Source: Octopus sinensis (Eukaryota). Taken from it: DNA of 64,000 bases. The notes below the pieces were generated by a model that searched no databases, was not told where the DNA came from, and saw only the letters and a program-made list of their open reading frames with translations. Positions 12,715 through 24,874 of this stretch are shown in pieces. How positions within the stretch are numbered: the stretch's first letter is position 1; each line of letters begins with the position of its first letter. The stretch covers positions 6,138,001-6,202,000 of the forward strand of contig NC_042999.1 of assembly GCF_006345805.1 (NCBI RefSeq). Reading direction: 5' to 3'. The translations under genes were made by a program, and so were the position numbers.

Positions 12715-13195
12715 GCCAAAAATCCCCGTTTTCGGATACGGAGGTTCCAGAAAATTGTCAAAAATCGGCATTGTGAAATTCCCCCCTCCCCACTCATCTT
12801 CAATTTTGACTTTTTTTCCCCAACACTAACCCTAGAACCCTAACCCTAAAACCCTAACCCTAAAACTGTAACCGTAAGTACAGAAATGTTTCGAAAATTT
12901 TTATCCGAATCATCATGTCCGTATTTTTCCGCATATTTAGAAAAACAAATTTCTTTAAAAAAATTTTTACAAAGATTTTTGGAAATTTTTTTTCAGAATC
13001 ATAATCTCCGTATTTTTCCGCATATTTTGAAGAAAAAAATTGTGAAAAAAGTTTGAAATGAAGGAAATGGGGATGGTAATTTAGAAATATCGATTTTTGC
13101 CAATTTTTTGCAGATTCGTATTCCTCGTAGCCAAAAAGTGGGATTTGTGTCGAGAACAAAAATTTTTTAAGGGTGGTTTTTGGGGGGGAGGGGGA
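12715..13195. repeat. AT-rich element with degenerate subterminal inverted repeats and CCCTAA motifs
   Basis: AAAATTGTCAAAAATCG vs CGATTTTTGCCAATTTT; C-run vs G-run; telomere-like block 12823-12878. Confidence 0.4.
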
Positions 13196-13391
13196 TGGAA
13201 ATCTTGCCCAACATCAATTTCTTGACAATCAAATAATGGAATAGAACCAGAAAGATCGAAGGAATCTCATAAATCCAATTATTTTGCTAAAATTTTGGAT
13301 GAAATTTCTGACGATAATAAAAGACTTGATAAGGGGAGCTAAATCTTACGCAACTTCAAATAAAGGGACCTAATTCAACATTGCCTTATGT

Positions 13392-13536
13392 CAGGGGTTC
13401 CCAACCTGTGATCCGTAAAGGTAGTATGGGTGCCCGTGCATATGAAAAGTTGACAGGCTTTTCAATATCCTGGGGTCCGTGGAAAACTCGTCTGAATAAA
13501 AGGGGTCCTTGGTAGTGAAAAGGTTGGGAACTACTG
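13392..13536. mobile_element. hAT-type MITE
   Basis: TIRs CAGGGGTTCCCAACCT / AGGTTGGGAACTACTG; 8-bp flanks CCTTATGT / CCTTATGC. Confidence 0.8.
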
Positions 13537-13599
13537 CCTTATGCAATGACAAATCTCTGAAATTAATGTTTTAGATGAAAATACTTCAATTATATATTT

Positions 13600-14005
13600 C
13601 TTTATTGCCCACAAGGGGCAACACACAAAGGGGACAAACAAGGACAAAGGGATTAAGTCGATTATATCGACCCCAGTGCGTAACTGGTACTTAATTTATC
13701 GACCCCGAAAGGATGAAAGGCAAAGTCGACCTCAGCGGAATTTGAACTCAGAACATAAAGACAGACGAAATACCTATTTCTTTACTACCCACAAGGGGCT
13801 AAACACAGAGGGGACAAACAAGGACAGACAAACGGATTACGTCGATTATATCGACCCCAGTGCGTAACTGGTACTTAATTTATCGACCCCGAAAGATAAA
13901 AGGCAAAGTCGACCTCGGCGGAATCTGAACTCACAACGTAACGGCAGACGAAATAAGGCTACGTATTTCGCCCGGCGTGCTAACGGTTCTGCCAGCTCAT
14001 CGCCT
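13600..14005 (-). mobile_element. Family A SINE, dimeric
   Basis: Same junction as 5668-6072; TSD AAATACTTCAATTATA. Confidence 0.85.
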
Positions 14006-17000
14006 TAAATACTTCAATTATAAGGGTGTAGTTGATTAGTAAATTCTGCCTAAAAAATATGAAACTGGATCAATTTCGACAGTGACTGTATAATAAAGAA
14101 AGGATGAACGTTTAAGTCAAGCTTGATAGAAATGTCTGCAGTCGTGTTCACAATAGACGCAGGAGTGGCTGTGTGGTAAGTAGCTTGCTTACCAACCATA
14201 TGGTTCCAGGTTCAGTCCCACTGTGTGGCACCTTGGGCAAGTGTCTTCTACTATAGCCTCGGGCCGACCAAAGCCTTGTGAGTGGATTTGGTAGACGGAA
14301 ACTGAAAGAAGCCCATCGTATATATGTATATATATATATATTTGTATGTCTGTGTTTGTGTGTCCCCCCCCCCCGACATTACTTGACAACCGATGCTGGT
14401 GTGTTTACGTCCCCGTAGCCTAGCGGTTCGGCAAAAGGGACCGATAGAATAAGTACTAGGCTTACAAAGAATAAGTCCTGGGGTCGATTCGTTTCGGCTA
14501 AAGGTGGTGCTCCAGCATGGCCGCAGTCAAATGACTGAAACAAAACAAAAAAGAAAAGAGCCATTAATAACCATCGCATAGATTGTGAATCATGATCCTC
14601 ATTTAAGGTCCATTTTTTTACATGAGTTGGCACGACCAGGAGCTGTACCAGCTTCTATAACCTATTCTTGGTTTGGTTTCTACAGCTGGATGCCCTTCCA
14701 AACTCAACCACTTTACAGAGCAGTCAGTTGAAGAACCAAAATATCTTATTTCTTCAAATAAGAATTTAACTGGAAAGTTCAATACAGAGTTGTATGAAAC
14801 GACTGACGTATCTGCCTTGGAATTCAACATTATTTGATGTAACGTTAACAACAGAACTGAATCAGGAGTTACAAATTCTTAGAGATGCTGGAAAGAGTTT
14901 TACTAAATCTTAGTGTTACAGTTGTTTAAATTGTTTGAATATTTATTGAATGTCGTCATCATCATCATCATCAGCCGTTCAAGAATTTGGACCTGGAGAT
15001 TTCCATTTCCAGCGACTTCAAGGGCCACCTCCCAGTGGTGTCGGGCGTCAACGAAGAGCCCTCGACTACAACAAGACGACCAAAGATTTTTTTCTTCTTT
15101 TTCCAAGGTCTGGGGTTTCCGGCCCCTAAGCCCTAGACCATCACCTAATCACCCCTACCCATCTTGTTGCTTAACAACAACAACAACAACAGCAGCAGCA
15201 TCTAACATCCATTGCCCACACTGGCATGGGTTGGACAGTTCGGCCAGGGCTACACCAGACTCCAGTCTGATTTGGCATGGTTTCTATGGCTGGATGCCCT
15301 TTCTAACACCAATGACTCCAAGAGTGTAAGGACTGCTTTTACATGCCACTGGCATGGGTACCAGTTGCATAGCACCAGTGTCTGCCACAACTATAATTTC
15401 ATTGGGCTTGATGGCTCTTCTTCTCAAGCTCAACATAATGTCAAAGGTCTTGGTCATTTGTCATTGCCTCTGTGAGGCCCAACACTCAAAAGGTGCTTTT
15501 TACGTGCCACCAGCACAGGTGCTAATTACTTTAGAATAATTACTTAAAGCAGGAAAATTGACACATAAACCAAATAATAGAGAGAAGATGCTGCAAAACA
15601 GATATGATCAATAAGCAAATAGGAGTCTGGCATCAGAGCCTCATCAGATATCAAAGAAAGACCAGATTATTTAAATATAATCTCCAGATGTTTGATACCT
15701 TCAAGATAAGAAAAAATAAATCGGTTTGCCATTTTTTTAATTGTATCTCTTTTACTTGTTTCAGTCATTTGACTGTGGCCATGCTGGAGCACCGCCTTTA
15801 GTCGAACAAATCGACCTCGGGACTTATTCTTTGTAAGCCCAGTACTTATTCTATTGGTTCCTTTTGCCGAACTGCTAAGTTACGGGGACGCAAACACACC
15901 AGCATCGGTTGTCAAGTGATGTTGGGGGTGACAAACACAGACACACAAACATACACACACACACGTACATATATATATATATATATACATATATACGACA
16001 GGCTTCTTGCAGTTTCCGTCTACCAAATCCACTCACAAGGCTTTGGTTGGCCCGAGGCTATAGTAGAAGACACTTGCCCAAGGTGCCACGCAGTGGGACT
16101 GAACCCGGAACCATGAGGTTGGTAAGCAAGCTACTTACCACACAGCCACTCCTACGCCTATCCCATATATATTATTACAAAACACTGTTTAATTAAATAA
16201 CAACACCATTTCTGTTTCGTACTTTAATACTTTTTGAATAACAATTCCAATGATTTTATCCCAAAATTTTCATGAAACACCCAGAGCCCCAAGGGATTTA
16301 AGAACTGTTTGTTGTTATCATACCTGGTGACTGTCATTAAAACTTATGCAGGTGATAAGGGAAAGTAAACAGTAAATTGGGGGCATTCATGCCTTTCTCA
16401 GAGCTTTTCATAATCCTACTGCAACATCTTTTCCCTGCCTAATCTCAAACCCACAATTCAAATAAACCATTGGTTCTTAACTTTTTTTTTCTTGTAGGTG
16501 TAGGACGTGGCTGTGTGGTAAGTAGCTTGCTTACCAACCACATGGTTCCAGGTTCAGTCTCACTGGCTGGCACCTTGGGCAAGTGTCTTCTACTGTAGCC
16601 TCGGGCCGACAAAAGCCTTGTAAGTGGATTTGGTAGACGGAAACTGAAAGAAGCCTGTCGTATATATGTATGTATATGTGTGCGTTTGTTTGTGTGTCTG
16701 TGTTTGTCCCCCCCAACATCGCTTGACAACCGATGCTGGTGTGTTTGCGTCCCTGTAGCTTAGCGGTTCGGCAAAAGTGATCGATAGAATAAATACTAGG
16801 CTTACAAAGAATAAGTCCTGGGGTCAATTTGCTCGACTAAAGGCGGTGCTCCAGCATGGCCACAGTCAAATGACTGAAACAAGTAAAAGAATAAAAAGGG
16901 AGAGTGTTCCTGTTTTGCGTAGTTGTCGTGCCTAGAGTCCACATAAGTGGCAAATGAGTCACCACAACTAAACCAACTTAACATAGATGATCATTTATAA

Positions 17001-18099
17001 CTTTTACTCTAAAAACGGATTGCATAAGCTTTTAACTGGGAAATAATAAAAAAATTAATAAATACAAACGTTATAAATTTACTTCTTACATTCCAAGTTA
17101 ATGACTTCCCGGTGCCTGATGAGATCTCATTTTATTTTAATAACCATCACTAGTTTTATCAGGTATAATACCTATTTCTTTATTATCCACAAGAGGCTAA
17201 ACATAGATGGGACAAACAAGGACAGACAAAGGAATTAAGCCGATTACATCGACCCCAGTGCATAACTGGTACTTTATTTATCGATCCCGAAAGGATGAAA
17301 GGCAAAGTTGACCTTGGCAGAATTTGAACTCAGAATGTCAGACGAAATACAGCTATGCATTTCACCTGACATGCTAACGTTTCTGCCAGCTTGCCGCCTT
17401 TTTATCAGGTATAATATATTTAGTTTGTTAATTATGTTAGCTCACTGCTCCCAAAAGCCTAACGCCCCCTTGTGGGGCAATACTGCCCATGTTCAGAACT
17501 TCTGAAACCCTTTGGTTTTAATTGAAAAGTTTGTGCCAAGGCCATCAGTTCCTTTCCTACAAAACTTCACAGCTGAACAAACAAACATTTTTTCACCACA
17601 ACCAGCAGACCCCACGTACCAAAGTCTGGAGGTTCCATTCTCTTACTGCAATTAACGCATAAAGCTAGACGGCCCACGATCATAGCCGTCAGGCACAGGT
17701 CAACTGGCCACTATCGTGGCCCAGATAGATGCATTTAATTCATGTACGTTTGTTGGGGGTCTAATGTCACTCAAATGCTCCGATACCTCCCCCACCCCCC
17801 AGAATGCAAGGGGACTAATAGTTCAACTAATGACTTTCCACATGATGTAAAACTTTCCACCATTATATACTAAGAAGATCATCATCATCATCGTTTAACG
17901 TCCGCTTTCCGCGCTAGCACAGGTTGGATGGTTCGACTGGGGTCTGGGAAGCCAGGAGGCTACACCAGGCTCCAGTCTGATCTGGCAAGGTTTCTACAGC
18001 TGGATGGCCTTCCTAATGCCAACCACTAAGAGTGTAGTGGGTGCTTTTTACGTGCCACCAGCACAAGGGCCAGTCAGGCAGCACTGGCATATATAATAT

Positions 18100-18135
<36 letters not shown>

Positions 18136-19084
18136 ATATATATCATCATCATCATTTAGCGTCCGTTTTCCATGCTAGCACAGGTTGGATGGTTCGACCG
18201 GGGTCTGTGAAACCAGGAGGCTGCACCAGGCTCTAGTCTGATCTGGCAGTGTTTCTACAGCTGGATGCCCTTCCTAACGCCATACTCCGCGAATGTAGTG
18301 GGTGCTTTTTATGTGCCACAGGTACACCTGTGCCGGTGATTTTAACTATTTTTTTGTTGTTTTTTTTTATGTATTCATGATAGTCTCATTTTCATAAAAT
18401 GTGTTCAGCAGTCCATGCTATGTAAGTGCCAAATCCCAGCGCTTTAGGGGTTAACAAAACTGAAAAAAAAACTAGATTCCTTACCTCTCTCAAGCTGTCA
18501 AGATATTTCTTCAAACAAGCAGTAACAAATTGAATTATCAATGAAACAATCGTGATGATGATGATGGGGATTACAACAATTAACCAACTGAATTGTAATT
18601 ACAAAATAGTATTAAGTTCAACTAATCACAGAATCTGGAATTACTGAACAGGAGCCCCAGGGATAATCTAAGGGAGATAACTCAGTCTGAATTGTAAAAC
18701 GATGATTTTGTACTTGATTGAAATGCATTGTGGGTAACTTATTTTATCGACCCACCCCACAGCCACACCTTACTTAGGCGACATTTGAACTCAGAAAAGC
18801 AAAAAGCAAACATTTCTGTCTCCTATCGTCTGTCATCTCCATTCCAACCACAAACTGTAAGAATAGCTTCAAAAATTATTTTACATACGTGACTGAGTAG
18901 TGAAGATACTTACCCAAGGGACTGAACCTGAGACCACAGGTCGAGAAGCAAACCTCTTATCCACACAGCCACGCCTGTTGCTGCTTTCACTACAGTTCGA
19001 CTGTTGCATGCTCCAGCCGTCTTCGGGTGTCTTTTGTTGAACTCATTTGTTGTATTGGAATATCTTTATTTGATCAAAGAGGGG

Positions 19085-19380
19085 ACACTGTTCTCATAGC
19101 AGAGTAGATAAGGACATAAGTTAACGCAGTGCTGTCACCCAGACGTTCTGAGTTCAATCCAAGGCAAGATGCTAAGATAATTCACAAAAAAAATCCCCTG
19201 AAGCAAAAATGTCACAAAACGCAAGGCATAGAATGAGAATAGTGGGCCCCAATGGGTCAAATGAAGGGTCGGGTTTGATATTCCAATACAGCAACTGAGT
19301 TCAGCACAAGACACCTGAAGAAGTTGAAATGCAGTGAAAGCAACAATCAAGATAAAGACACCAGTCTGACGGTCATAAAC
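19085..19380 (+). mobile_element. Family G tRNA-headed element with deleted hammerhead; inverted partial copy at 18975-19075
   Basis: TAGCAGAGTAG..GTTCTGAGTTCAATCC head; GACACCTGAAGAAG[deletion]TTGAAATGCAGTGAAAGC. Confidence 0.6.
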
Positions 19381-20300
19381 AGTAGACATAGAGTGCTCAT
19401 GCAGTGGCACGTAAAAGCACCCAGCACACTCTGTGCATTGGTTGGCATTAGGAAGGGCAGCCGGCTGTAGAAACCATGCCAAAACAAACTGAAGTCTGGT
19501 GCAGCGCCACAGCTTACCACCTCTGGTCAAACTGTCCACCCCATGCCAGCATGGACAACAGACGTTAAATGATGATACCCTGTAACACAGGCCCTCAACA
19601 AGGGTTCATGTGCCCCCTGGAGGTTAATTATAAGATTTTGGGGGATCCACACAAGGAAAATAGTAAATTGGGAATTCATCATCATCATCATCGTTTAACG
19701 TCCACTTTCCATGCTGGCATGGGTTGGATGGTTTGACTGAGGACTGGCGAACCAAATGGCTGCACCAAGCTCCAATCTTGATCTGGCAGAGTTTCTACAG
19801 CTGGATGCCCTTCCTAACGCCAACCACTCCGAGAGTGTGGTGGGTGCTTTTACGTGCCACCGGCACGGGGCCAGTCAAGCAGTACTGGCAACGACCTCGC
19901 TCGTTTTTTTTTTTTTTTTTTGCATATGCCAATGGCACAGGTGCCAGTAAGACGAAGCTGGTAACGATCCCGCTCGAATCGTGCTTCCTAATTGCCACCG
20001 GCACAGAAGCCAGTTAGCCACTCTGGCAACGATCATGCTTGGATGGTGCTCTTACCACCCTACTAGCACGGGGCACAAGTGCCAGCACAGTAGTATTTTG
20101 CTTTTGATGTACTTGTTGCAGACAGGTTTTCCTTTTCTAGTATTTAACATCGTTCAAGGTGTTTCTGGCCACTGAAACAAGTTCTCTTGGAGAGGGTCAT
20201 GGCAAGCCTACACAAGTGAATGAGTGAAAAACAAAATTGGACCATGTGGTTGAGAAGAAAACTTCTTCACCACACAGCCATGCCTGAACGCTATTAATTC

Positions 20301-20679
20301 ATCATCATCATCGTTTAACGTCCGTTCTCCATGCTGTCATGGGTTGGACGGTTCGACCGGGGATCTGGGAAGCCAGAAGGCTGCACCAGGCTCCAGTCTG
20401 ATCTGGCAATGTTTCTACAGCTGGATGCCCTTCCTAACGCCAACCACTCCGTGAGTGTAGTGGGTGCTTTTTACGTGCCACCCGCACAGGTGCTAGGCAA
20501 GGCTGGCAACGGTCGGATTGGTGCAATTTACGTGCCACCGGCACGGAAGCCAGTCGAGGCGGCGCTGGCATCGGCCACGATTCGGATAGTGCTTTTTACG
20601 TACCACCAGTCCAGGGGTCCTGGCATCTGCCGGGTGCCAGTCATAGGATTGGTTCAATTTCGATTTCGATTAATTATTG
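20301..20679 (-). mobile_element. Family C element (RTE 3'-UTR type). Other - copies: 6838-7134, 7439-7831, 14615-14720, 15195-15520, 17877-18090, 18141-18325, 19678-20090, 21622-22012, 25167-25445, 25983-26297, 48330-48470, 59190-59640
   Basis: (TGA)n tail, CCAACCCATGCTAGCATGG, GGCGTTAGGAAGGGCATCCAGC, variable ~60-bp GGCACGTAAAAAGCACC units. Confidence 0.88.
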
Positions 20680-21007
20680 CAATTAAAGAAAAAAAGGGAA
20701 AAAGCTGGGCTGATGTTGGATAGATTTTAATATAAAATGAAAGTAAAATAAATGAGAAGAGGAATAAATTGAAAGAAAACAAAAGAGTGAGATGAGTGCA
20801 TGGTTATGAGAGTCTGCTGCCAGAACTAAACTATTCGCAGAAGACAAGGTGGAACAATGGTGGACAAAATATGGTTCTGAGAATGGATTGAGAATGAGAA
20901 TTTTAACAATTATTAAATTAAATGTTAATTAGTCCTGCTGTTTTAAGGTGGAGTGTTTTCTGTTTTGAGGTTTTTTTTTTTTTTACTTTCCCTGCAAACA
21001 TGAAAAC

Positions 21008-21087
21008 TCAGCATTCGTCTCCATCTTCTTCCATTTCTTTGAGAATTTCAAAGTAGTCACTAGCTTTGATCTTTCGAGGAATGATAT
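21008..21087 (-). CDS. CHRAC1: CHRAC1 coding exon 3 (DIIPRKIKASDYFEILKEMEEDGDEC*)
   Basis: Acceptor gtttatttttcag|AT, phase 1 completes GAT; matches human DILPKKILASKYLKML; TGA at 21008-21010; total 106 aa. Confidence 0.93.
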
Positions 21088-21361
21088 CTGAAAAATAAAC
21101 GAAACATTTTTTTCTTAATTATTAAAATACAGTATGGAAAAATATGTAAATATCATCAACGACAACAACAAGTGTATTTTTTCTAAGATAAACACTGCCA
21201 GATCAGACTGGAGCCTGGTGCAGCCTCCTGGCTTCCCAGACCCTGGTTGAACCGTCCAACCCATGCTAGCATGGAAAACGGACGTTAAATGATGATGATG
21301 AGAGAGTTTTTGCTGCACAATCCAATGACTTAACAGGTGAAATGTCTTATTTCATATCATG

Positions 21362-21540
21362 TATGTCGGACTGGTGACCTCACCTTGGTTGTAGCTTTCA
21401 CAATGTTTTGGCTGTGTATGCTCCAGCCTTCTTCAAGGGCCTTGTGATTCATTTTACTGCTTTACCTAAGATTGAGCTTAGAACCTTTAGGTGTCTGCAT
21501 TAACTAGTGCCTTCACCCACTATGCTATGCCTCTAGGCAG
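21362..21540 (-). mobile_element. Family G element with decayed hammerhead, in CHRAC1 intron 2
   Basis: TAGCATAGTGG head, then UUGAAGA-A-GGCUG(GAGCAUACA)CAGCC-AAAA-CA-UU-GUGAA. Confidence 0.6.
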
Positions 21541-22198
21541 TGTCATAGTGGATTCTTAAGGCTTATAAGCCTCCATTCACAGTCTTATGTTAGCACCATA
21601 CTGATTGTGTAATACAATTCTCATCATCATCGTTTAACGTCCGCCTTCCATGCTAGCATGGGTTGGACGAATGACTGAGGGCTGGCGAACCAGATGGCTG
21701 TACCAGGATCCAATCTGATCTGGCAGAGTTTCTACAGCTGGATGCCCTTCCTAACGCCAACCACTCCGAGAGTGTAGTGGGTGCTTTTACGTGCCACTGG
21801 CACGAGGACCAGTCAGGCAGTACTGGCAACAGCCACGCTCAAATGGTGTTTTTTACGTGCCACCTGCACAGGAGCCAGTCCAGCGGCACTGGCAACGACC
21901 TCGCTCGAATGCTTTTTCATGTGCCAGTAAGGCGATGCTGGTAACGATCACGCTCATATGGTGCTCTTACTGCTCCACTAGCATGGATGCCAGTCATCGA
22001 ATTTGATTTCAATTCTATATTTCTAAAATGAGGGACTTTTATATCTCTTTATTGCCCACGGGGGGCAAAACATAGAAGGGACAAACAAAGACAAAGGGAT
22101 TAAGTCGATTACATCGATCCCAGTGTGTAACTGGTACTTATTTAATCGACCCCAAAAGGATGAAAGGCAAAGTTGACCTCAGCAGAATTAGAACACAG

Positions 22199-22692
22199 AA
22201 TCAAAATCGCTGATGTGGCCAATGACAGTACCGCCTGATTGGTTCTCGTGCCAGTGGAACGTTAGAAGCACATCTGAGCGTGATCGCTGCCAGGTTCACA
22301 GATTGGCTCCCATGCCGGTGACACGTGAAAAGCACCATTCGAGCGTGATCGTTGCCAGCGTCGCCTTACTGGCACGTGCAGGTGGTACATGAAAAACAAC
22401 ATTCTAGCGTGGTCGTTGCCAGTGCTGCCAGACTGGCTCCCATGCAGGTAGCACATATAAACACCTTTCGAGCATGGTTGTTGCCAGAACCACCTCACTG
22501 GCCCTTGTCTGGTGGCATGTAAAAGTACCCACTACACTATCAGAGTGGTTGGTATTAGGAAGGGCATCCAGCTGTAGAAACTTTGCCAGATCAGATTGGA
22601 GCCTGGCACAGCCATCTGGTTCGCCAGTCCTCTATCCAACCATCTAACCCATGCCAGCATGGAAATCAGCCGTAAAACGATGATGATGATGA
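22199..22692 (+). mobile_element. Family C element inserted into a family A SINE. Other + copies: 5360-5590, 12140-12360, 19395-19575, 21190-21300, 28395-28658, 38500-38928, 41270-41550, 43515-43675, 49920-50130, 56610-56810, 58860-58990, 60980-61345
   Basis: Same consensus; family A sequence resumes on both sides. Confidence 0.88.
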
Positions 22693-22862
22693 ATGTAATG
22701 GCAGACAAGATACTGCTAAGCATTTCACCTGGCATATTAACGATTCTGCCAGCTTGCCACCTGATGATGGACTTTTATATTATATATTAGTTTGAGTGGT
22801 GTCATCATTTTGGTCATACACAACCGAAATATAGTGAAAAGCAATAACCAAGAATGAGGCCT

Positions 22863-24410
22863 AATAACCAAAGTCCTAATAAGTAGGAAAGTAGACAAGT
22901 CACAAACGCCTTCAGGTAGATGGCCCTGCTCGATCTGTAAAAAAGGTGTAGGTAGAAACTCTATAAGGTGCACCAAGTGCAAGCTATGGACACATAAGAG
23001 GTGTAGCAATGTCAAAGGAAGGCTAACTAGGAAAATAGTTTTTGTATGTGGCAGATGCTCAGGAGCAATAAACACTGAAAATGTGCAGAGAACAACTTCT
23101 GCCACATTCCAGGAGGAAAAACTAGAAGTAGTTGATAGCTTCCGTTACCTAGGTGACCAAATCAGTAGCGGGGGTGGGTGTGCTGAAATGTAACTGCTAG
23201 AGTAAGAATAGCCTGGGCAAAGTTTAGAGAGCTCTTACCCCTGCTGGTGACAAAAGGCCTCTCGCTCAGAGTAAAAGGCAGACTGTATGATGCATGTGTA
23301 CGTATAGCCATGCTACATGGTAGTGAAACATGGGCTGTGACTGCTGAAGATATGTGTAAGCTCACAAGAAATGAAGCCAGTATGCTCCGATGGATGTGTA
23401 ATGTCAGTGTTCATAATCAACAGAGTGTAAGTACCTTGAGAGAAAAGTTGGACCTAAGAAGCATCAGTTGTGGTGTGCAAGAGAGACGTCTGCACTGGTA
23501 TGGGCATGTGACAAGAATGGGTGAAGATAGTTGTGTGCAAAAGTGCCACACTCTAGCAGTTGAGGGAACCTGTGGAAGAGGTAGACCCAGGAAAACCTGG
23601 GACAAGGTGGTGAAGCACGACCTTCGAACTTTAGGTCTCACCAAGGAAATGACTAGAGACCGAGACCTATGGAAGTATGCTGTGCGTGAGAAGACCTGGC
23701 AAGACCAGTGAGAACAGTCAAAATCAAACCAAATCAACATCAGTGGAAATTGCAGCTGTGGTTAAGCGAACCATCCGATCGTTTGTCCGTTGCCAGCCTC
23801 GCCTGGCCCCCGTGCCGGTAGCACGTAAAAGCGCCATCCGTTCGTGTCCGTTGCCAGCCTCGCTTGGCACGTAAAAGCACCATCCGCTCGTGTCCGTTGC
23901 CAGCCTCGCCTGGCCCCCGTGCCGGTAGCACGTAAAAGCACCATCCGTTCGTGTCCGTTGCCAGCCTCGCCTGGCCCCCGCGCCAGTAGCACGTAAAAGC
24001 ACCATCCGTTCGTGTCCGTTGCCAGCCTCGCCTGGCCCCCGTGCCAGTAGCACGTAAAAGCACCATCCGTTCGTGTCCGTTGCCAGCCTCGCCTGGCCCC
24101 CGTGCCAGTAGCACGTAAAAGCACCATCCGTTCGTGTCCGTTGCCAGCCTCGCCTGGCCCCCGTGCTGGTGGCACGTAAAAACACCGTCCGTTCGTGGCC
24201 GTTTGCCAGCTCTGTCTGGCACTGTGCAGGTGGCACGTAAAAAGCACCCACTACACTCACGGAGTGGTTGGCGTTAGGAAGGGCATCCAGCCATAGAAAC
24301 ACTGCCAAATCTGACTGGGCCTGATGAAGCCTTCCGGCTTCACAGACCCCAGTTAAACCGTCCAACCCATGCTAGCATGGAAAACGGACGCTAAATGATG
24401 ATGATGATGA
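22863..24410 (+). mobile_element. 5'-truncated RTE-clade LINE with PHD-like finger, 61-bp minisatellite 3' UTR and (TGA)n tail
   Basis: KTKVL..VDSFRYLGD..LHGSETW..RGRPRKTW; 1-nt deletion near 23188; ATGAGGCCT duplicated at 22854 and 24407. Confidence 0.9.
23771..24230 (+). repeat. 61-bp minisatellite, about 7.5 units
   Basis: Unit starts at 23771, 23834, 23880, 23941, 24002, 24063, 24124, 24185. Confidence 0.95.
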
Positions 24411-24743
24411 GGCCTCTACTCCACCTAATGTCACCTAATTCGTCTCGCACAGAATTGCCTCTCACCATCAATTGATTTGTTAATCTTTTTGATCAACACA
24501 AAAAAAATCCCATTAATTACACAAGTAAGTTATCCAGTTACAATTACAGATGAACCACAAACCACATAGCTAATGCCTCTGGGACTAAACGTGCTTTTTA
24601 CGTGCCACCAGCATGGAACACACATCTTTATCTTTGTTCAGTCATTAGGCTGCAACCAGGGGAAATGGTGCTGGAGAATTGTCTTGAAGAATTTTAGTCA
24701 AATGAATCGACCCCAGTGCCTATTTTTTTTAATTCTATGAATC

Positions 24744-24874
24744 TCTCGGGCATATGGCTTAGTGTTTAAGAGCACAGGCTACTAACCCCAAAATTCCAAG
24801 TTCGATTCCTGGCAGTGACTTGAATGATAATAATAACAACATCGAAAAATACCTTAGGAATGAGAACCCAGGTT
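24744..24874 (+). mobile_element. Family D SINE 5' part (tRNA-like head); another fragment at 1520-1680
   Basis: TGGCTTAGTGT A-box, AGTTCGATTCC B-box, (AAT)n, CATCGAAAAATACCTTAGGAATGAGAACCCAGGTT. Confidence 0.75.

Noticed and set aside
24321-24345. CUGAUGA followed by a hairpin (also at 28574)
   Set aside because: No GAAA or UH cleavage site; a family C subfamily variant
23724-24365. Long repetitive ORFs on the minus strand
   Set aside because: Produced by the 61-bp minisatellite; unit length is not a multiple of 3
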